Source of the DNA: Candidatus Eiseniibacteriota bacterium | Lineage (GTDB): Bacteria > Eisenbacteria > RBG-16-71-46 > DASYSL01 | Direction of reading: 5' to 3' | Assembly (NCBI GenBank): GCA_031431875.1 | Contig: JANPEF010000143.1 | Coordinates: forward strand, 1 to 18,314 | DNA: 18,314 nt | Shown: one piece after another, positions 17,449 to 18,314 of the stretch | Numbering within the stretch: the stretch's first letter is position 1 | How the letters are laid out: every line of letters starts with the position of its first letter | Program-made: the position numbers and the translations under genes | The notes under the pieces: model-generated | What the model was told of the DNA's origin: nothing | Database searches by the model: none | Seen by the model: the letters and a program-made list of their open reading frames with translations, nothing else

Positions 17449-18314
17449 TCAGGGGGTCGGGCGATCGGGCCCGACGATTTCGCCTTCCAACCATACCATG
17501 GCGCTTTTCGCGCCCGGCGAGAGGTCGTCGGGACGCTTGCGCTTCGGAACCCCAGTGGGCGGAGTGCTGGCGAGCACACCCGCCGCCGGGCTCGAGGCGC
17601 GCGGTGGGCTGGTCGCGCTCGTTCCTGGAGCCGGCCCGCGCGCAGGAGGTCCGTCGCCAAAACCCGGCGGCGGCGCGTCGGGCGGCGGCGCATCATCATC
17701 CCGCGGCCCGCTCGCCGGAGCCGCGCTCGGCGCGACCACCACGCGATAGTCGAGGCGACGTCCGTAGGCGCTGGCGCAGGCGCCGAGCAGGAGTGCGCGA
17801 TTGTCGCGGTGCTCGAGCATGGCGCGCGAGGCGGCGTCGATCTCGAGCACGAGCGTGCCGTCATGGGCGCCGAGGACACGCACGTCGGCCACGCAGTGAC
17901 CGAGCACACGGTTCTTCGCCTTCACCGCCTCGATCACGGCCGGCCACGTCGAGGCGGCATCGAAGTCGGGATCAAGCGGGCGGTCGGCCACCGCGGTCGC
18001 CGGTGCAGGTGCAGGTGCAGGCGCAGGCGGCGCAGCTGCGGGCGCAGGCACAGGCGAGACGGACGCGACGGGCGCGACGGGCGCAGGCACAGGCGAGACG
18101 GGCGAGACGGGCGCGACGGGCGCGGATGCAGTCGCCACGGGCGCAGCCGCAGCAGTCGGCGCCGCAGTCGCCGCAACCGGCGCCGCAACCGGCGGCGCAA
18201 CCGGCGCCCCGGGCCCGATTCGCCGCAACGCCTCGAGCGCGGCCAGCGAAGCCGCGGCCGAGGCCACCGGCCGCGCCGCAGTCGATGCCGCGGGTGCAGC
18301 CGGCGCGGGCGGCG
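17449..18314 (-). CDS. dnaX: DNA polymerase III subunit gamma/tau, C-terminal part (runs off window end)
   Basis: Frame is open to the window edge; Pro/Ala linker followed by a WPAVIEAVK...LVLEI...RRLDYRVV domain and terminal LEGEIV as in tau tails; immediately upstream of ybaB-recR. The ATPase domain is outside the window. Confidence 0.8.
   Translation of the reverse strand, partial: PPAPAAPAASTAARPVASAAASLAALEALRRIGPGAPVAPPVAAPVAATAAPTAAAAPVATASAPVAPVSPVSPVPAPVAPVASVSPVPAPAAAPPAPAPAPAPATAVADRPLDPDFDAASTWPAVIEAVKAKNRVLGHCVADVRVLGAHDGTLVLEIDAASRAMLEHRDNRALLLGACASAYGRRLDYRVVVAPSAAPASGPRDDDAPPPDAPPPGFGDGPPARGPAPGTSATSPPRASSPAAGVLASTPPTGVPKRKRPDDLSPGAKSAMVWLEGEIVGPDRPTP
18001..18204. repeat. 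Low-complexity short tandem repeats in the dnaX linker
   Basis: (GGTGCA)n; 9-bp GGCGCGACG/GGCGAGACG units; 23-bp GGGCGCAGGCACAGGCGAGACGG at 18040 and 18079; 12-bp CGCCGCAACCGG-like units near 18169-18204. Confidence 0.85.

Noticed and set aside
17415..17909. N-terminal ORF-track extension of ybaB (likewise recX, recA, thpR, mglA and the GT-C gene)
   Set aside because: The extensions overlap upstream genes or promoters; downstream starts fit family N-termini, RBS positions or stop/start overlaps better.

Overview
High-GC bacterial chromosomal segment in which every supportable gene lies on the minus strand. The backbone is housekeeping/DNA repair: dnaX (3' part), ybaB/ebfC, recR, mglB, mglA, pgpA, a GT-C-like membrane protein, a small hypothetical, cinA, thpR, recA, recX and alaS (5' part). 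Three accessory blocks interrupt junctions that are commonly conserved. (1) A lower-GC cassette between cinA and thpR encodes a polytopic-membrane Ser/Thr kinase plus a translationally coupled 102-aa orphan; it is bounded by a 5-bp direct repeat whose collapse would restore a cinA/thpR GTGA overlap. (2) An HNH endonuclease with a structured 3' region lies between thpR and recA. (3) Two secreted beta-propeller proteins with C-terminal FlgD-Ig/T9SS-like domains lie between recX and alaS. The protein repertoire suggests a Candidatus Eisenbacteria-like or related FCB-associated lineage (inference only). All calls come from reading motifs by eye; no searches were run.
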